64,000 bases of DNA from Octopus vulgaris (GCA_951406725.2 OX597819.1:66402001-66466000); one strand, 5' to 3'. Shown: positions 15,260 to 28,897, counted from the stretch's first letter. Notes: a model not told the origin generated them from the letters alone. Numbers and translations: made by a program.

Positions 15260-15612
15260 TGGAGGCGAATCGGTCGGAGAATCGCGGTTTCGATTCCCAG
15301 ACAAGGCATTGTGAGTATTTATAGAGCGAAAATACTTAAAAGCTCCACAAATCTTCGGTAGGGAATGGCGGTGAACCCGGCTGTACTCTTTCATCACAAC
15401 TTTCTCTCACTATTTCTTCCTGTTTCTCTTGTACCTGTATTTCAAACGGTCAGCCTTGTCACACTCTGTGTCACGCTGAATCTCCCCGAGAACTACGTTA
15501 AGGGTACACGTGATTGTGGAGTGCTCAGCCACTTACACGTTAATTTCACGAATAGGCTGTTCCGTTGATCGGATCAACTGCAAACCTCGCCGTCGTAACC
15601 GACGGAGTGCCA
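15260..15612 (+). mobile_element. SINE (head B + tail X)
   Basis: Colinear with 52815-53185, with deletion in the head. Confidence 0.75.
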
Positions 15613-16799
15613 CGGTAAAAAAAAGCAAATTTACAAACAATATTCGCTAGGAGGTCTCATGCCGACATCACTTTTAAAAATACAAATATGACTGTAAAAA
15701 CGAAAATCAGACGAGCAGCCTCAGACAAGAATGTTCAATGCATTTTGTCTTTTACGTAGAATGTACTCAATGACAGCCGTAAAATAAAAGAAATCCGTCG
15801 CTACAACTATAGGAAAAGTCTGTGAGCAACAACCTAGATTTTGTTGTTGTTTTTTTTTGCGATTTCTTGTAGTCTTTTGTCTCTTATTTCAAGGTTTGTT
15901 ACAACTGTGTAAATTCGATTCGCGGAGTTCAATGGAATGAAGAACTTGATGTAAAAGAGGCGTGATCACGAGTCAGTAGGTTTAAAATATAGTCCTCTTT
16001 CTAGTATTGTACTTCTATTAGCAATTAATATATCTAAAAAGGGTGCGACTGGTGGGGTTATCGTTACTGAACTTCATAGTGAATTATATAAGAGAGCTTT
16101 ATGTTGTTGACAAAAAAAAATATTTTAATTAATTCAATCTAATTTAATTGACCGAGACTCCACACGTTTGTGATTGAACACCGAACATCGTGTTTGCAAA
16201 GCGAACTATTTTACCACGCAGTCATGTCTGTAATCTCTTTCCTTTTTTTCTCTCTCTCACACACACAAACAGCGATTTGTGTTTGCTTAAATAACTGCGA
16301 ATATATTTTACATTAACTTTCACTGGCTTTCAATATACAATACTTGCTTCAGTTCCGAGTTTACTTTCCTTTCTAGCATTTGTATTAAAGTGAGTGTTTC
16401 TATGCGTGAGTTAATATCTATGTGTCTGTATTTGTCTGTGTGTCTTTTGTTGTATAATTTACGTTTGCTGCAGGGAAGTATTAAATTAAAAAATAATAAT
16501 AATGAATAAATAAATAATTTTAATATTGAAATTAAATTTTTTTTTTCACTCACAAATTAACCTTTTGTGATAATTGCATTAAAGTAAGCGATTAGATATT
16601 TACTATTGTGAGAAAAGCTATAGGGGGATTTCATCTGCAATCTCAGCATTTAATCACATCTAAGTATACTCATTACACACATGTATGTAAATGCGAAGTG
16701 ACGGGCAGAATCAATAAGATTAGATTAAACTATAAAGTACTGTATGTAATGCATTCCATTAGTTTGTATGAGGTGACTTTTCGTTCTCCGGTTCAAAAC

Positions 16800-16838
<39 letters not shown>

Positions 16839-16844
<6 letters not shown>

Positions 16845-17135
16845 AGTGTGGCTGCTTGGTAAGAAGTTTGCTTCTTAACAACATAGTTCCACGTTCTGCA
16901 ACACGGTGTGTTACCTTGAGCAAGTTCTTCTAGTACAGACCCTGCCCGTTAGAAGCCTTTTGAGTGGATTTGTATACGTGCGTAGTTGTCCTTGTCCTCT
17001 ATTAACACTTGACACCCGGTGTGTGTTTGTTCATGTCACTCTGACACAGAGGTTCGGCAGAAGAGTAGGCAAGGAGAATATGCAGGAGGCTTTAAAACAA
17101 CAAGTACTGGTGTCGATTCTTGCGAATAAGATGTA
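16839..17135 (+). mobile_element. SINE family 2 (tRNA head, CORE-like), degenerate
   Basis: gtggctgcttggtaagaagtttgc...ccttgagcaag...tgagtggatttg. Confidence 0.6.
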
Positions 17136-18660
17136 ATTCTCAATACCGAATTGCTTTAATATTATGTACAATGTATATCCATATATATATATATTCATTT
17201 TCATATAGATAGATATGTGCATACACAGACACACACAAGGTCCGAACAGTTGTTAGAAAGCGTTGGAAAGAGGTCAGATTGTAGTAAGAAATAATTTCTT
17301 CTAGCACTTAAAGTCCTCTGTTGAAATCGAATCTATCATACCGTTTTCTTTTATCCTTTAGGTATTGAAAATGTCGTTGTACCTGTGATGAGGAGGAAAA
17401 CAACATATTAAAAGATAAGACGAAAATTCCCGTTAGTGGTTTAGCAATTTTATAGTTACTCGAATGATTACTGCCAGGTCGATTTCCTTTCTTATTAGTT
17501 CTCCTGCGTGGTGTATTTGCTATGTACGATATATTCATATTGAAACCGTTTCGCTTAATACTTAACTTGTTCCCTGGTGGTAATAAGAAATTTTACGTGA
17601 TATATTTTTCCATAAAATCATATTAAAAAATCATAGGATTGCCAGAGCGTTTATTGAAGAAGTGCTCATATTAATTAGGTGTCTTCTATTGATAATACAA
17701 TTCGCTGTTTTAACTGACAACCATTTAAATTGTCTACTCTGGATTTTCTTCACATTGACGTTTATTTCAAGGTCAGTAAGTATATTATTCATAACTTCCC
17801 ATATCGGAGGCGACACATCTAACCTCAGCATGTGGTTGGCTACAAGTACACGTCATGGACAACGTCAAACGAGGCCAAATTGCATCTGGAGTGATTTTTC
17901 CTCTCACGCAGGACACCCATAAAGAATTATATTTAGGGTGAAATCTGCAATAGTTCAAGAAGATTCTAACAGTTTGAATTTATTCAATGAGTTTGGTAAT
18001 TTATTGGTAATTTATTGTTCCTTTGCAATATCTGCTTAGTCTTTCTTAATTCAAAATATTTTTCCTACTAACAACGTTTATTATACAAACCTTACGTTGA
18101 TTTACCACATACCATTAGACCTCTAAAATGTTTTCCCTTACGTCATAATGAAACGTAAGTACGTAAACATGAAGCAATTTCCTAATGTAGCCCTGCTATC
18201 TTGTCGTAGAAGATTATCCTACTCATGGCCCTACTTCCTCTGATGTTCTTCTTGATTTGAAACGGTGGTAAATTCTTCCTATACATAAGTGTTGATATTA
18301 CAAATGAAAGTGTTGATATTACAAATGATTCCCAAAACTTTTTATCCTATCCATAATTGGAAACACAATTTCATATTAATGCGCTACACTGCAACGTCTG
18401 TCATTTTCTAATGTGTGAGAGCTTATCAAACTCATTGAATAAATTTCTACTGCAATATATAAAGGCGATGGCTGACAGACGTGACTCACTGTTGATAGTA
18501 TTAGATTGATCTTTAAGATCAACTAAACACAAATTTATATTTTCGAATTCTTCGCAAAAGATGCTTGGCGCAGGTCTAACCGTTCTCTTTCATTTTTGAC
18601 ATAGATATGCGTTTGGGTATTCACGATTGCATGTATGCATTCATGCATACATACATATAG

Positions 18661-18890
18661 GCGGCGAGCTGGTAGAATCGTTAGAAGGCCGGGCGAAATG
18701 CATAGCTGTATTTCGTCTGCCGTAAGGTTATGAGTTCAAATTCCGTCGAGGTCGACTGTGCCTTTCATGCTTTCGGGGTCGATAAATTAAGTACCAGTTA
18801 CGCACTGGGGTCGATGTAATCGACTTAATCCGTTTGTCTGTCCTTGTTTGTCCCCCCTATGTTTAGCTCCTTGTGGGCAATAAAGAAATA
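18661..18890 (+). mobile_element. SINE family 1 monomer
   Basis: ggcggcgagctgg... to ...gggcaataaagaaata. Confidence 0.85.
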
Positions 18891-18919
18891 CATACATACA
18901 TACATACATAAATACATGC

Positions 18920-18964
<45 letters not shown>

Positions 18965-19759
18965 GTGTGTGCGTTTCTATGAATCATACATACATATGCA
19001 GAAATATACACACACGCACACAACAATATATCTGTTCAAATCTATAGCGATAAATCTGTGTCGCACTCAATTGCGTGTATACATACTATGCATTTACGTA
19101 TGCGTGAATGTATATACACATGTATACATATGTGTGTGTGCGTGTGTGTAAGCGTGCGTGCGGCCGTGTGCATTCACGTGATGTTAACAAGATTGTTGAA
19201 ACGAAGAAAAAACTCATTGCACACTTTAGTTCACATTTATGCTGTCTCTATTCACCACTAACCAATCGCGTTTCCTCAGATCAATAAAATGAACAGCAGA
19301 CAATCTCCTAGAACACATTCACTTGGTTATAGCAATGGAACTTAGTGGCTCAGTCCGATCGCAAAATTTATTAAATTTCAAGTGTTTAGACGCCGTAAAA
19401 TTGATATATTTCTCGCAAATCATATAATTTATATTTCAGCCAATCACGACAATATATCACTGGCCTGTGTTGATGTATAACTTTGTGTCATGAATGTACG
19501 GTTAAAATTTAATAGCTCAATAGAGAAATAAGGAATTAAATGTTTCTGCACATGTTATTACATTTGAAGAGAACGTTCGTTTATAACAAAAGAATTACAT
19601 CAATTTCAAATTAAAGAGGTCTCGTTAGACTTGGTGCGGTTGTAGCCAAGTTTGTTTTAAAAATATAGGACTTACGTATGATTGAATTCTGAGAAATAAT
19701 TTATCATTGAAAAGAATCTGGAAATCTTTGCAATTTCTGCAGCAATAATATCTTATAAA

Positions 19760-19921
19760 GACGATGGCATGGATGTCAGGTTAAGAAGCCCGCTTTGTGA
19801 GCACGTAGTTTCGGACTTTACCCCACTGCACGATACCTTGGGCAAGTGTCTTCTACTCTAGCCTTGGGCCAACCAAAGCCTTGTGAGTTGATTTGGTAGA
19901 TGGAAACTGAAAGAAGCCCGT

Positions 19922-19966
<45 letters not shown>

Positions 19967-20167
19967 TTGTGTCTGTGTTGGTCGCCCCTACCATCGGTAG
20001 AAACCGATACTTGTGTGTTTACGTCGCCGCATCTTAGTCTTTCAGCAAGAAAAGCCGATGGAATAAGTGTTCGGCTTACACAGATTAAGTCTTGGGGTCG
20101 ATTTTTTCGACTAAAGGCAGTGCTCTATCATGGTCGTAGTCAAATGACTGAAACAAATAAAAGAATG
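19760..20167 (+). mobile_element. SINE family 2 with internal (TA)n
   Basis: ccttgggcaagtgtcttctac...gaaactgaaagaagcccg (TA)n ...agtcaaatgactgaaacaa. Confidence 0.8.
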
Positions 20168-20219
20168 ACGAAATTTACTACATATAGTAAATGTTTGCGA
20201 CCATATAGGTTATCTATAG

Positions 20220-21607
20220 CAGTGGTTCTCAAACTGGGAACCGCAGTCCCCTAGACAACTGCGAAAAGATTTTAGGGGAACACAAAAGAAGGCTGAATTA
20301 TCGTGTAAACTAGGTGATTTGAGACAATTAAGTTTTAAATTTTAAGGCTTTCAATTTTTAGCTTTCTTATTTCTTTTTGCCCACAACGGTCTAAACGCAG
20401 ATGGGACAAAACAAGGACAGACAAACGCATTAAGTCGATTACATCGACCTCAGTGCGTAACTGGTACTTATTTAATCGACCTCGAAAGGATGAAAGGCAA
20501 AGTCGACATCTGCGGAATTTGAACTCAGAACCTATCTGCAGACGAAATACCTATTTCTTACTACCCACAATGAGCTAAACACAGAGGGAACAAACAAGGG
20601 CAGACAAACGCATTAAGTCGATTAAATCGACCCTAGTGCGTAACTGGTACTAAATTTATTGACCCTGAAAGGATGAAAGGCAACGTCGACCTCGGCGGAA
20701 TTTGAACTCAGAACGTAGCGGCAGACGAAATACCTATTTCTTTACCACCCACAATGAGCTAAACACAGAGGGGACAAAGAAGGGCAGACAAACGCATTAA
20801 GTTGATTACATCGACCCTAGTGCGTAACTGGTACTTATTTAATCGACCCCGAAAGAATGAAAGGCAACGTCGACCTCGGCGAAATTTGAACTCAGAACGT
20901 AGCGGTAGACGAAATACCTATTTTTTTACTGCCCCCAATGGGCTACACACAGAGGGAACAAACAAGGACAGACGAACGGATTAATTCAAATACATCGACC
21001 CCAGTGCGTAACTGGTACTTAATTTATCGACCCCGAAAGGATGAAAGGCAACGTCGACCTCGGCGGAATTTGAACTCAGAACGCAGCGGCGGACGAAATA
21101 CCACAAAGCATTTCGCCCGGCGTGCTAACGTTTCTACCAACTCGACGCCGAGTTTCTATCATCCTTTTTAGCTTTCTATCATCCATTTTCGTCGTTGGCC
21201 TCAAAAACCCATGCCACTACAACGCACTCATTTGTTAATCACAGTTGCTGTACAACAAGTGAGACTGACCAAAGAAAATATGCGTGTATAATTGGTTAAT
21301 CGTGCATGTGCTGTCAGCATCTTCTCTTCTCATTGTTTTGTTACCAATTTAATCAGCTGATTCCCTATAATTTCATGTGCTTTTATTGTATCCTAATGGG
21401 CATTTCCTGGTTTAAGTTGTGGTTTTCGGGTCTGTAAGTCTATGGGCAGTGAGGTTCATAGTCCGGAAATTACGGTACACGAAATTATTTCCTTTTTTTG
21501 TTCCATGTTGTTTATCCTGCATTTTATAGGGGACCGTGAATTGTCGAAAAAGCTGTAAGGGGACTGAACTGACATGTAATATCTTTTGAAAAGTTTGAGC
21601 ACCACTG
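20220..21607. mobile_element. Non-autonomous hAT (Charlie/Buster-like) element
   Basis: TIRs cagtggttctcaaact / agtttgagcaccactg; 8-bp TSD atctatag (20212-20219) / atctattg (21608-21615). Confidence 0.8.
20368..21150 (-). mobile_element. Tandem tetramer of SINE family 1 nested in the hAT element
   Basis: gacgaaatac recurs at 20541, 20724, 20908, 21092 (period 183-184 bp). Confidence 0.9.
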
Positions 21608-23304
21608 ATCTATTGTATTAGGTATAAGAAAAACACAACACTTCTATGCGTCTATCAGAAATATACACAAAATAACCGTATGCACATACACACACTCACA
21701 GCAGCAGCACACTACAAGATAGGAATAATGTATATACTTAGTAGCAGTTAAACACACAATTATACACAAACACAACCAAACTTATACACACCCTCACAGA
21801 CATACACGTAGAATCACAAACACACACACATGCACAATAATATTCAGACTCATAGATCTAGAGAAGCACACGGAAAACCCGTCAGTATCATGTGTCCATA
21901 ACATCCATACTGCATTTGGTCATGGAGCACAAATGGTAAAACTAAACATATAGTGTTTAACCATCGATTGCCATTGTCAGTACCAACTTAAGTTTGACTT
22001 GAATAGCGTGAATTCAAGTTTAAGTAAGATAATGCGAGCACAATACGATAAGTTATTCATACACTGCGATACCTGTAATATAATTATATACACTGAGATA
22101 TTTCTTAATCGTTGGTCTTAACAGCGAAGCATTGTGTTAGTGGATATAGGAAATATTCTATGGACAGGAAGTATTTATGCCAAATTTTTGAATGAAATAT
22201 GGTTTCGATAAGATAATTAGCGACGAAGTTGAAGAACCTCTAACGACTCAGTTGGTTGTCTGCTAATCTATTTTATCGACTTGTATATCCGCACGCACAT
22301 GCATACACATATATACACGCACAAATGCATATACATACACAGAAAGTACGGAGAGGTAAAGAAAACAAAAATAATTAGGAAGATTGCATGCGAACATTGT
22401 GAAATTTCTGACAGTAGTGCAAGATATTACGCAGATAATTAAATCTTGTGCGAGGTTCATCCGGTTACATTTATCAAACTGATTTGGTCGTGGTTTCACT
22501 CCATAACCTTCAAACACTGTAACGTTCTCTTCTCTTGTAGGTCATCTGATAAACACATTTATTGTTTGAACGGTATCATGATATCTATCTCGATACTGAT
22601 GCTATTCTTCTTCTTCTTGTAGTTGTTTTTGTTGTTATTGTGCATTTTGTTTTCTATTCGCTCAGAAAACTTTTATCTGAAATAAAAGCTATATGTCACA
22701 TTCTTGAGGCATCGATTTAATTTTGACCAGGCAAAAGGCCAAGTTTTACAAGCATATATTTTGCAGCGGTAGATCAGATTAAGATCGAAAGAAGACATTC
22801 TTAAACTTGCACGTGTGGGAGAGATATAATGGATTGAGTTTACCTGCGTACATGGACAGCAATGGCACTCATCCTTGCTGGGATTGCAAATATAAATATA
22901 TAAAACTACAAAATACAGGAATATGTTGCAACAAACACAGTACGTTCAAAATTATATTCAGAGAATTAAGCTCCGTAGCTCTGTAGTAAGAAATTTGCAT
23001 CCCAACCACGTGGTTCCGAGTTCGGTCTCACAGCATGACACCTTGCACCTTGGACAAGTGCCTTCTGCTATTGCCTCGGGCTGTCCTACTCGAATGCGGA
23101 AACTGAAAGAAGCTCGTTATATATGCCCCAGAATTTCCACAGTTTAATGACTGAAGGAAATAAAGATGCTTATTCGATCTTCACCTGTGTATTATATGTA
23201 ACATCTAAATGGCACCTTTGTGGAATTTAGATGTTACATAGATGTTATTTAGAGTAGGATTAACTCTCTCACTCTCACTGTCTTTTTCTCGCTTATATAT
23301 AAAG

Positions 23305-23455
23305 TTATAAATATTTTCAGAAAAACAAAAGACAAAGACAGGTGTATAAACAACAAGCAGGTGTATTAGTTTGACGCTTGGGAAAAATGAAAGTATTTTA
23401 CGTTTCAAACCTACGCTCTTCAACAGAGAGGAACACAGCGAAATAAACACATAGA
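23305..23455 (-). mobile_element. Penelope-like HHR-bearing repeat next to (TA)n
   Basis: Minus 23395-23430: CUGUUGA-A-GAGC-GUAG-GUUU-GAAAC-GUA; downstream part recurs inverted at 30545-30630. Confidence 0.55.
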
Positions 23456-23526
<71 letters not shown>

Positions 23527-23530
23527 AATA

Positions 23531-23995
23531 TTCTTTTATTCTATTACTTCTTTCAGACATTTCACGGCGGCCATGCTGGAGCACTGCATTAAAGAGTTTC
23601 AGCCGAAGAACTCGGCCCCAATACTTATTCTATATAAGTCAAGTACTAATTCTATCAGCCTCTTTTACCGAACCACTAAGTTACAGGAGAGATAATCACA
23701 CCAGCATCGGTTATCAAGCGATGTTGGGGTGGTGTTGGGGAGGAAAACACCGACACATAAGCACATGAATACATACATACACACACAGAGATATATATAC
23801 ATATATATATACATATATATATACATATGTATATATGTATATATATACGACAGGCTTCTTTCAGTTTCCGTCTACTCGGATGGTTTCGGTCGACCCAAGA
23901 CCATAATGGAAGACAACTGCTCAAGGTGCCAGGGAATGAACCCAGAACCATGTGGTTGGGAACCAAGCTTCTTACCATATAGCCACACCTGTGCA
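23531..23995 (-). mobile_element. SINE family 2
   Basis: ggcttctttcagtttccgtctac...agaaccatgtggttggg. Confidence 0.75.
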
Positions 23996-24358
23996 TCCCT
24001 GCCGTAAGTCTTTACTTCCCCATATGCCAGCTTAATTTAATTCATCCTTATTCGAAAGACACCTGTTGTTTGTATTTGTGTAAACTTCTCCGTTTTTTCC
24101 GTCTTGTTTTCGTATACATTCGCTGCTTTCTTCCAAGGGATCTAATGCTCTTATATTAGTTTTCCCTTGGAGCTGGCCAGATTGGAGCAATCTTGAATAT
24201 AACCAGCCGAAATTGCAAAGATAATGTGGAACTCGACCGAGGAAGGAAAGCTTCGAATGACCCGTCCTTGTTTTTTGTACCGTCTATCTGGATGTTTTGT
24301 TGTCCCTTTCTTGTGTCACCTAATTATCTAAATGTTTTGCGTTCTTGTACCATTTTGT
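23996..24358 (+). repeat. Dispersed repeat, probable LINE 3' UTR
   Basis: ccctgccgtaag...gccagctt...tcgaaagacacctg shared with 25135-25350 and inverted at 28250-28530. Confidence 0.6.
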
Positions 24359-24359
24359 A

Positions 24360-24734
24360 TCTCTTTTACGTGTTTCAGTCATTTGACTGCGGCCATGCTG
24401 GAGCACCGCCTTTAATCGAGCAACTCTACCCCGGGACTTATTCTTTGTAAGCCCAGTACTTATTCTGTCGGTATCTTTTGCCGAATCGCTAAGTAACGGG
24501 GACATAAACACACCAGCACACAGACACACAAACACACACAAGCATATATATATATATATATACATACATACGACGGGCTTCTTTCAGTTTCCGTCTACCA
24601 AATCCACTCACAAGGCTTTGGTCGGCCCGAGGCTATAGTAGAAGACACTTGCCCAAGTTGCCACGCAGTGGGACTGAACCCGGAACCATGTGGTTGGTTA
24701 GCAAGCTACTTACCACACAGCCACTCCTGCGCCT
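24360..24734 (-). mobile_element. SINE family 2, young copy
   Basis: gtttcagtcatttgactgcggccatgctggagcaccgcc...accacacagccactcctgcgcc. Confidence 0.85.
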
Positions 24735-24799
24735 ATATCGTTTATATATAAAACATATAGCGGCGTAGGTGCACGTTGGTCTCTTATATGTAAATATGT

Positions 24800-25355
24800 A
24801 TTTATGTAAATGTTGTACGACTCTATTCTTTTATTCTTTCCTTCTTTCTATCAGCCCTTTCACGCTTTCTTCGTCCATTCCCGTCTTCGTTCTTTCGTTC
24901 CCCTCTCTCACATTTTATTGCCTTCTCTTCGTGCTCACTTTCCCTCCTCTTTTCACTTCACTGTGTCCCTGTCATTTTTTCTCGCCCCTGCTTATTTTTT
25001 CTGTCTCTCTGCCGCTTTTCTCTCTCTTCTCTCCCCACGTGATCGGTGTTCGGCCAAGCCTAACCTTTCTTTCTTGGTTCGGCAGCTGTCCGTGCAACAT
25101 CTATATTCTTCCCTGTGCCTGTGAAATCTTGAATCCCTGCCGTAAGGGTTTAATTCCACACTCGCCAGCTTCATCTTAATTCGTCGTTAGTCGAAAGACA
25201 CCTGTTATTATGTCCTGTTGTTTGTATTTGTGTAGCATTCTCCGTTTTTTTCCGTCCTTGTGTTCTATGTATCGTCTATCTGGATGATTTGTTGTCCCTT
25301 TTTTGTATCCCCTAACTGTCTGGATGTTTTGCGTTCTTGTACGATTGTGCATTTT
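24800..25355 (+). repeat. Pyrimidine-rich repeat, same family as 23996-24358
   Basis: Shared gtcgaaagacacctg and gtctatctggatg blocks. Confidence 0.55.
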
Positions 25356-25462
25356 TTATATATGAAAGATATATGGGTATATATATATATTTATTTTAAT
25401 TTTAATTTTTATTTTATCTAGTTTCAGTTCACGAGCTGTGGCCATGCTGGATTACCGCCATT

Positions 25463-25501
<39 letters not shown>

Positions 25502-25541
25502 CATACATATACACACACACACACACACACATATATATATT

Positions 25542-25773
25542 GGCGGCGAGCTGGCAGAAACGTTAGCACGCCAGGCGAAATGCGTAGACGTATTTTCGTC
25601 TGCCGTTACGTTCTGAGTTCAAATTCCGCCGAGGTCGACTTTGCCTTTCATCCTTTCTGGGTTGATAAATAAAGTACCAGTTACACACTGGGGTCGATGT
25701 AATCGACTTAATCCCTTTGTCTGTCCTTGTTTGTCCCCTCTATGTTTAGCCCCTTGTGGGCAATAAAAAAAAA
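25542..25773 (+). mobile_element. SINE family 1 monomer, followed by (TACA)n
   Basis: Near-consensus head and tail. Confidence 0.85.
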
Positions 25774-27529
25774 ATATATATACATACATACATACATACA
25801 TACATACATACATACATACATACATACATACATACATACATACATACATACATACATGTATGTGTGTGTGTGTGTGCGTGCGTGCCCATTTGTATGCCTT
25901 GATATATTCATACATTTGTGTACTGAGTGGATGAATGCCGCAACACTTCAGTATAGGTTACATAGAGGCATGCCCAAATAGATGGGAACTTAAACCCCAA
26001 CTTCATCTGAGGCAAATGCCCGCGCATGATTTCAGATGAATTTTTTGTTCATTTCATAATTTCGTATTTCGTGCTCCATGTAACCTATACATTTCAACCC
26101 TGTGTTTGTCTACCTTACTACGTTTATATAAAAATATATTCATGTATGCAAAGCATATATGAGTATACAGACACACATACATCTACTTGTGTGGCTATGT
26201 ATATGTATAACCATGTTTACACAAGTGTGTTAAGTTTATGTGTGTATGCGCGTATGCAGTAGACATTGCAATTATGTGTTGGTGTGACAGTTACATATTG
26301 GCCTATTTGATAGAAGGAGGTAGTTTTGAGGGATGTTACAAGAAGGTGGTTCTTTCTTTCTGTGCCTGTGAATGTGTATGTTTAAGGACATGTACTTGAG
26401 AATGTGGTCCACCGTGTCTGTGTGTATACGCGCAAGCAGAATTTTTCTCGTGTATACATTTGTGTATGAGTGTGTGTTAGTGTGTATGTGTGTTTGCGTA
26501 TATGCCTCTGTGTGTGTGTGTGTGTGTGTGTGTACGAGTGGGTTTGATTAAATGAGGCGGTGAATTTGATTGATCAGGTCTCTAAACGTGAGGAGAATAT
26601 CTCGGTCGCATTTGTAAAGACGAAAGAATCTATCCATCATTAGCAGAATGAAATGCAGGAGTGCGGTCTAACATTCTTAGATAGTTGCGGAAGAGATGGG
26701 GAATATATAAATAGAAAGGAAGAAAGAATAACTTAGAATCAAGTAGAAAGGCAGTGAAATAGTGACCAATCTGGCGGTGGGGATCACACTATAGAAGACA
26801 GAGTTGAATAAGAAAATCGTTGTAAAATAAATGTGTGGTGGTCATGAATGCGAGGGTTGTCTTAATGATAAAAACAATCAATGCTAATGAATTATATACA
26901 GAATTAGTTTTAATGGCAAGGAGCATGAAAATTGATAATACTAATTTCAGATTTCGGCACAGGGGCAGACATTTTGATGTAAGTATGGTATAAGTCGATT
27001 ACTTCAAAACCTAGCATTTGATTGGTACTTTATTTTATCGACCCCGGTAGGATGAATGTTTTAGTTGTCCTAGCTGGGATTTCGAACCAGAATTAATGGC
27101 CAAAAAAAATGAGCATCATGCCTGAACGTACAACACCTACAGAGAACAGGCTTGACAATTCTGAGCAACTGAACTAAAACAAATACCAGGCCTTGATTGA
27201 TGAGGCAGTGGTCAAAGGATGTGACACAATCTTCTTTGCAAAAAAAGCCGGTTGCCGCTGTTTCGTAGTAAGTTCAGAACATATATTCAGGCAGAAAATT
27301 GATGTGAAAGTAAACCAGCTGAAAATCAGGATGATAATTTCTGTTTCATGTTAAGCACATGATTTATTTCAATTATTCTCAGTTAATTTTAAAAAGATAT
27401 ATCACGAAATCATACTGAGCAATATCAATTAATACAAACTAAACGATGTACGGACACACCTATTATTTCATCTATACATACATACATATACATACATACA
27501 TATACATACCCACATACTCACCCATATGA

Positions 27530-27750
27530 TGAGTTGTAGTGAAAAAAAATAAAATAAAACTGAAAATACACAGAAATTTGGAACTGAAAATATATATTTA
27601 TCAAATAAAAAAATTACATAGTCAATTGGATTACAGTTTCGCTTATGCTATTCATCAGCAAAAGAAGAAATCCACCCGACTATTTAAGTATTTTATTTAA
27701 TAATTATATTTTTACAACACCAAATTTCTCTGAATTTTCCTTCGTGATAT
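27530..27750 (-). mobile_element. HHR-bearing repeat (second copy at 30295-30515)
   Basis: Minus 27626-27662: CUGAUGA-AUA-GC-AUAA-GC-GAAAC-U-GUA; ~220 bp colinear with 30295-30515. Confidence 0.6.
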
Positions 27751-27768
27751 GCATGGCTCAGTAGTGAA

Positions 27769-28107
27769 GGCGCATGGCTCAGTGGTTAGGGCGTCGAGCT
27801 TACGATCGTGAGGTTGTGAGCTCGAATCCCGGACCGGGCTGCGTGTTGTGTTCTTGAGCAAGGCACTTTATTTCACGTTGCTCCAGTTCACTCAGCTGTA
27901 GAAATGAGTTGCGACGTCACTGGTGCCAAGCTGTATCGACCTTTGTCTTTCCCTTGGATAACACTGGTGGCGTGGGGAGGGGAGTCTGGTAGCATGGGCG
28001 ACTGCTGGTCTTCCATAAACAACCTTGCCCGGACTTGTGTCTAGGAGGGTAACTTTCTAGGTGCAATCCCATGGTCATTCATGACCGAAGGGGGTCTTTA
28101 CCCTTTA
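27769..28107 (+). mobile_element. tRNA-derived SINE family 3, full length
   Basis: A-box tggctcagtgg, B-box gagctcgaatcc; body matches 4400-4720. Confidence 0.85.
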
Positions 28108-28109
28108 TG

Positions 28110-28145
<36 letters not shown>

Positions 28146-28249
28146 GTATTAGTATATGTATTTATGCATGAGCATATAACGATATGGACATATTGAAACA
28201 CAAATATGCCTCTCTCTCTCTCTGTGTATGTGTATGTGTGTGTGGACAT

Positions 28250-28676
28250 GTACGTAACAGGCGACAATAAAACATCCGCGCAGTTAAACGATTCAAAAAA
28301 GGAAAGTCATCCGGAGCGTCCCCTCCTCAGTCGAGTTCCTGATCATCTTAGCAGTTTCGACCGGTTACACTTGATACTGTACACGAAAACAAGGATGAAA
28401 AGAAGAAACCGAGAAATGGTACACAATTACAAATATAAACAGAAAGACATTAACAAGTGTCTTTCGACTAAGGACGAATTAAATGAAGTTGGCGTGTGTG
28501 GAAGTGAGACCTTAGGCCAGGGACATAAGAGATGAAAGTCATTGGATGGAATATAAGAGATGCTATACGGTTGATAGTCGAACCAAAAATATAGGTCAGG
28601 CTGGGCGGAACACCGGTCACGTAGAAGGGGAGGAGAGAAGTATGGGGCAGAGAGATTAAAGAACTAGGGAGGGGCA

Positions 28677-28680
<4 letters not shown>
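28250..28680 (-). repeat. Third copy of the probable LINE 3' UTR repeat
   Basis: gtgtctttcgactaaggacgaattaaatgaagttggcg is the reverse complement of the 25160-25204 block. Confidence 0.6.
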
Positions 28681-28724
<44 letters not shown>

Positions 28725-28818
28725 CATTTATGTATATATATATATATATATATTTATGTATATATATAAGGTTGTCCCAAAAGTTCGTAGAAAGTCTTGG
28801 AAAATAATGGTCTTCATT

Positions 28819-28859
<41 letters not shown>

Positions 28860-28897
28860 CTGTCTGATGAACGGCAACGAGAAACTCAGAGTAACAG
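28860..28897 (+). ncRNA. Minimal type I hammerhead ribozyme motif
   Basis: CUGU-CUGAUGA-ACGGCAACGA-GAAA-CUC-A-GA-GUA-ACAG; stem I CUGU/ACAG, stem III ACUC/GAGU; module lies between two (TA)n tracts. Confidence 0.7.

Noticed and set aside
18288-18327. 20-bp tandem duplication
   Set aside because: Ordinary slippage event
27769-27842. Functional tRNA gene
   Set aside because: Continues into a SINE body shared with 4400-4720; poor acceptor stem
28300-28370. Type II hammerhead on minus (GAAAC...CUGAGGA)
   Set aside because: Stems III and II cannot be formed; the paralogue near 24230 has CCGAGGA
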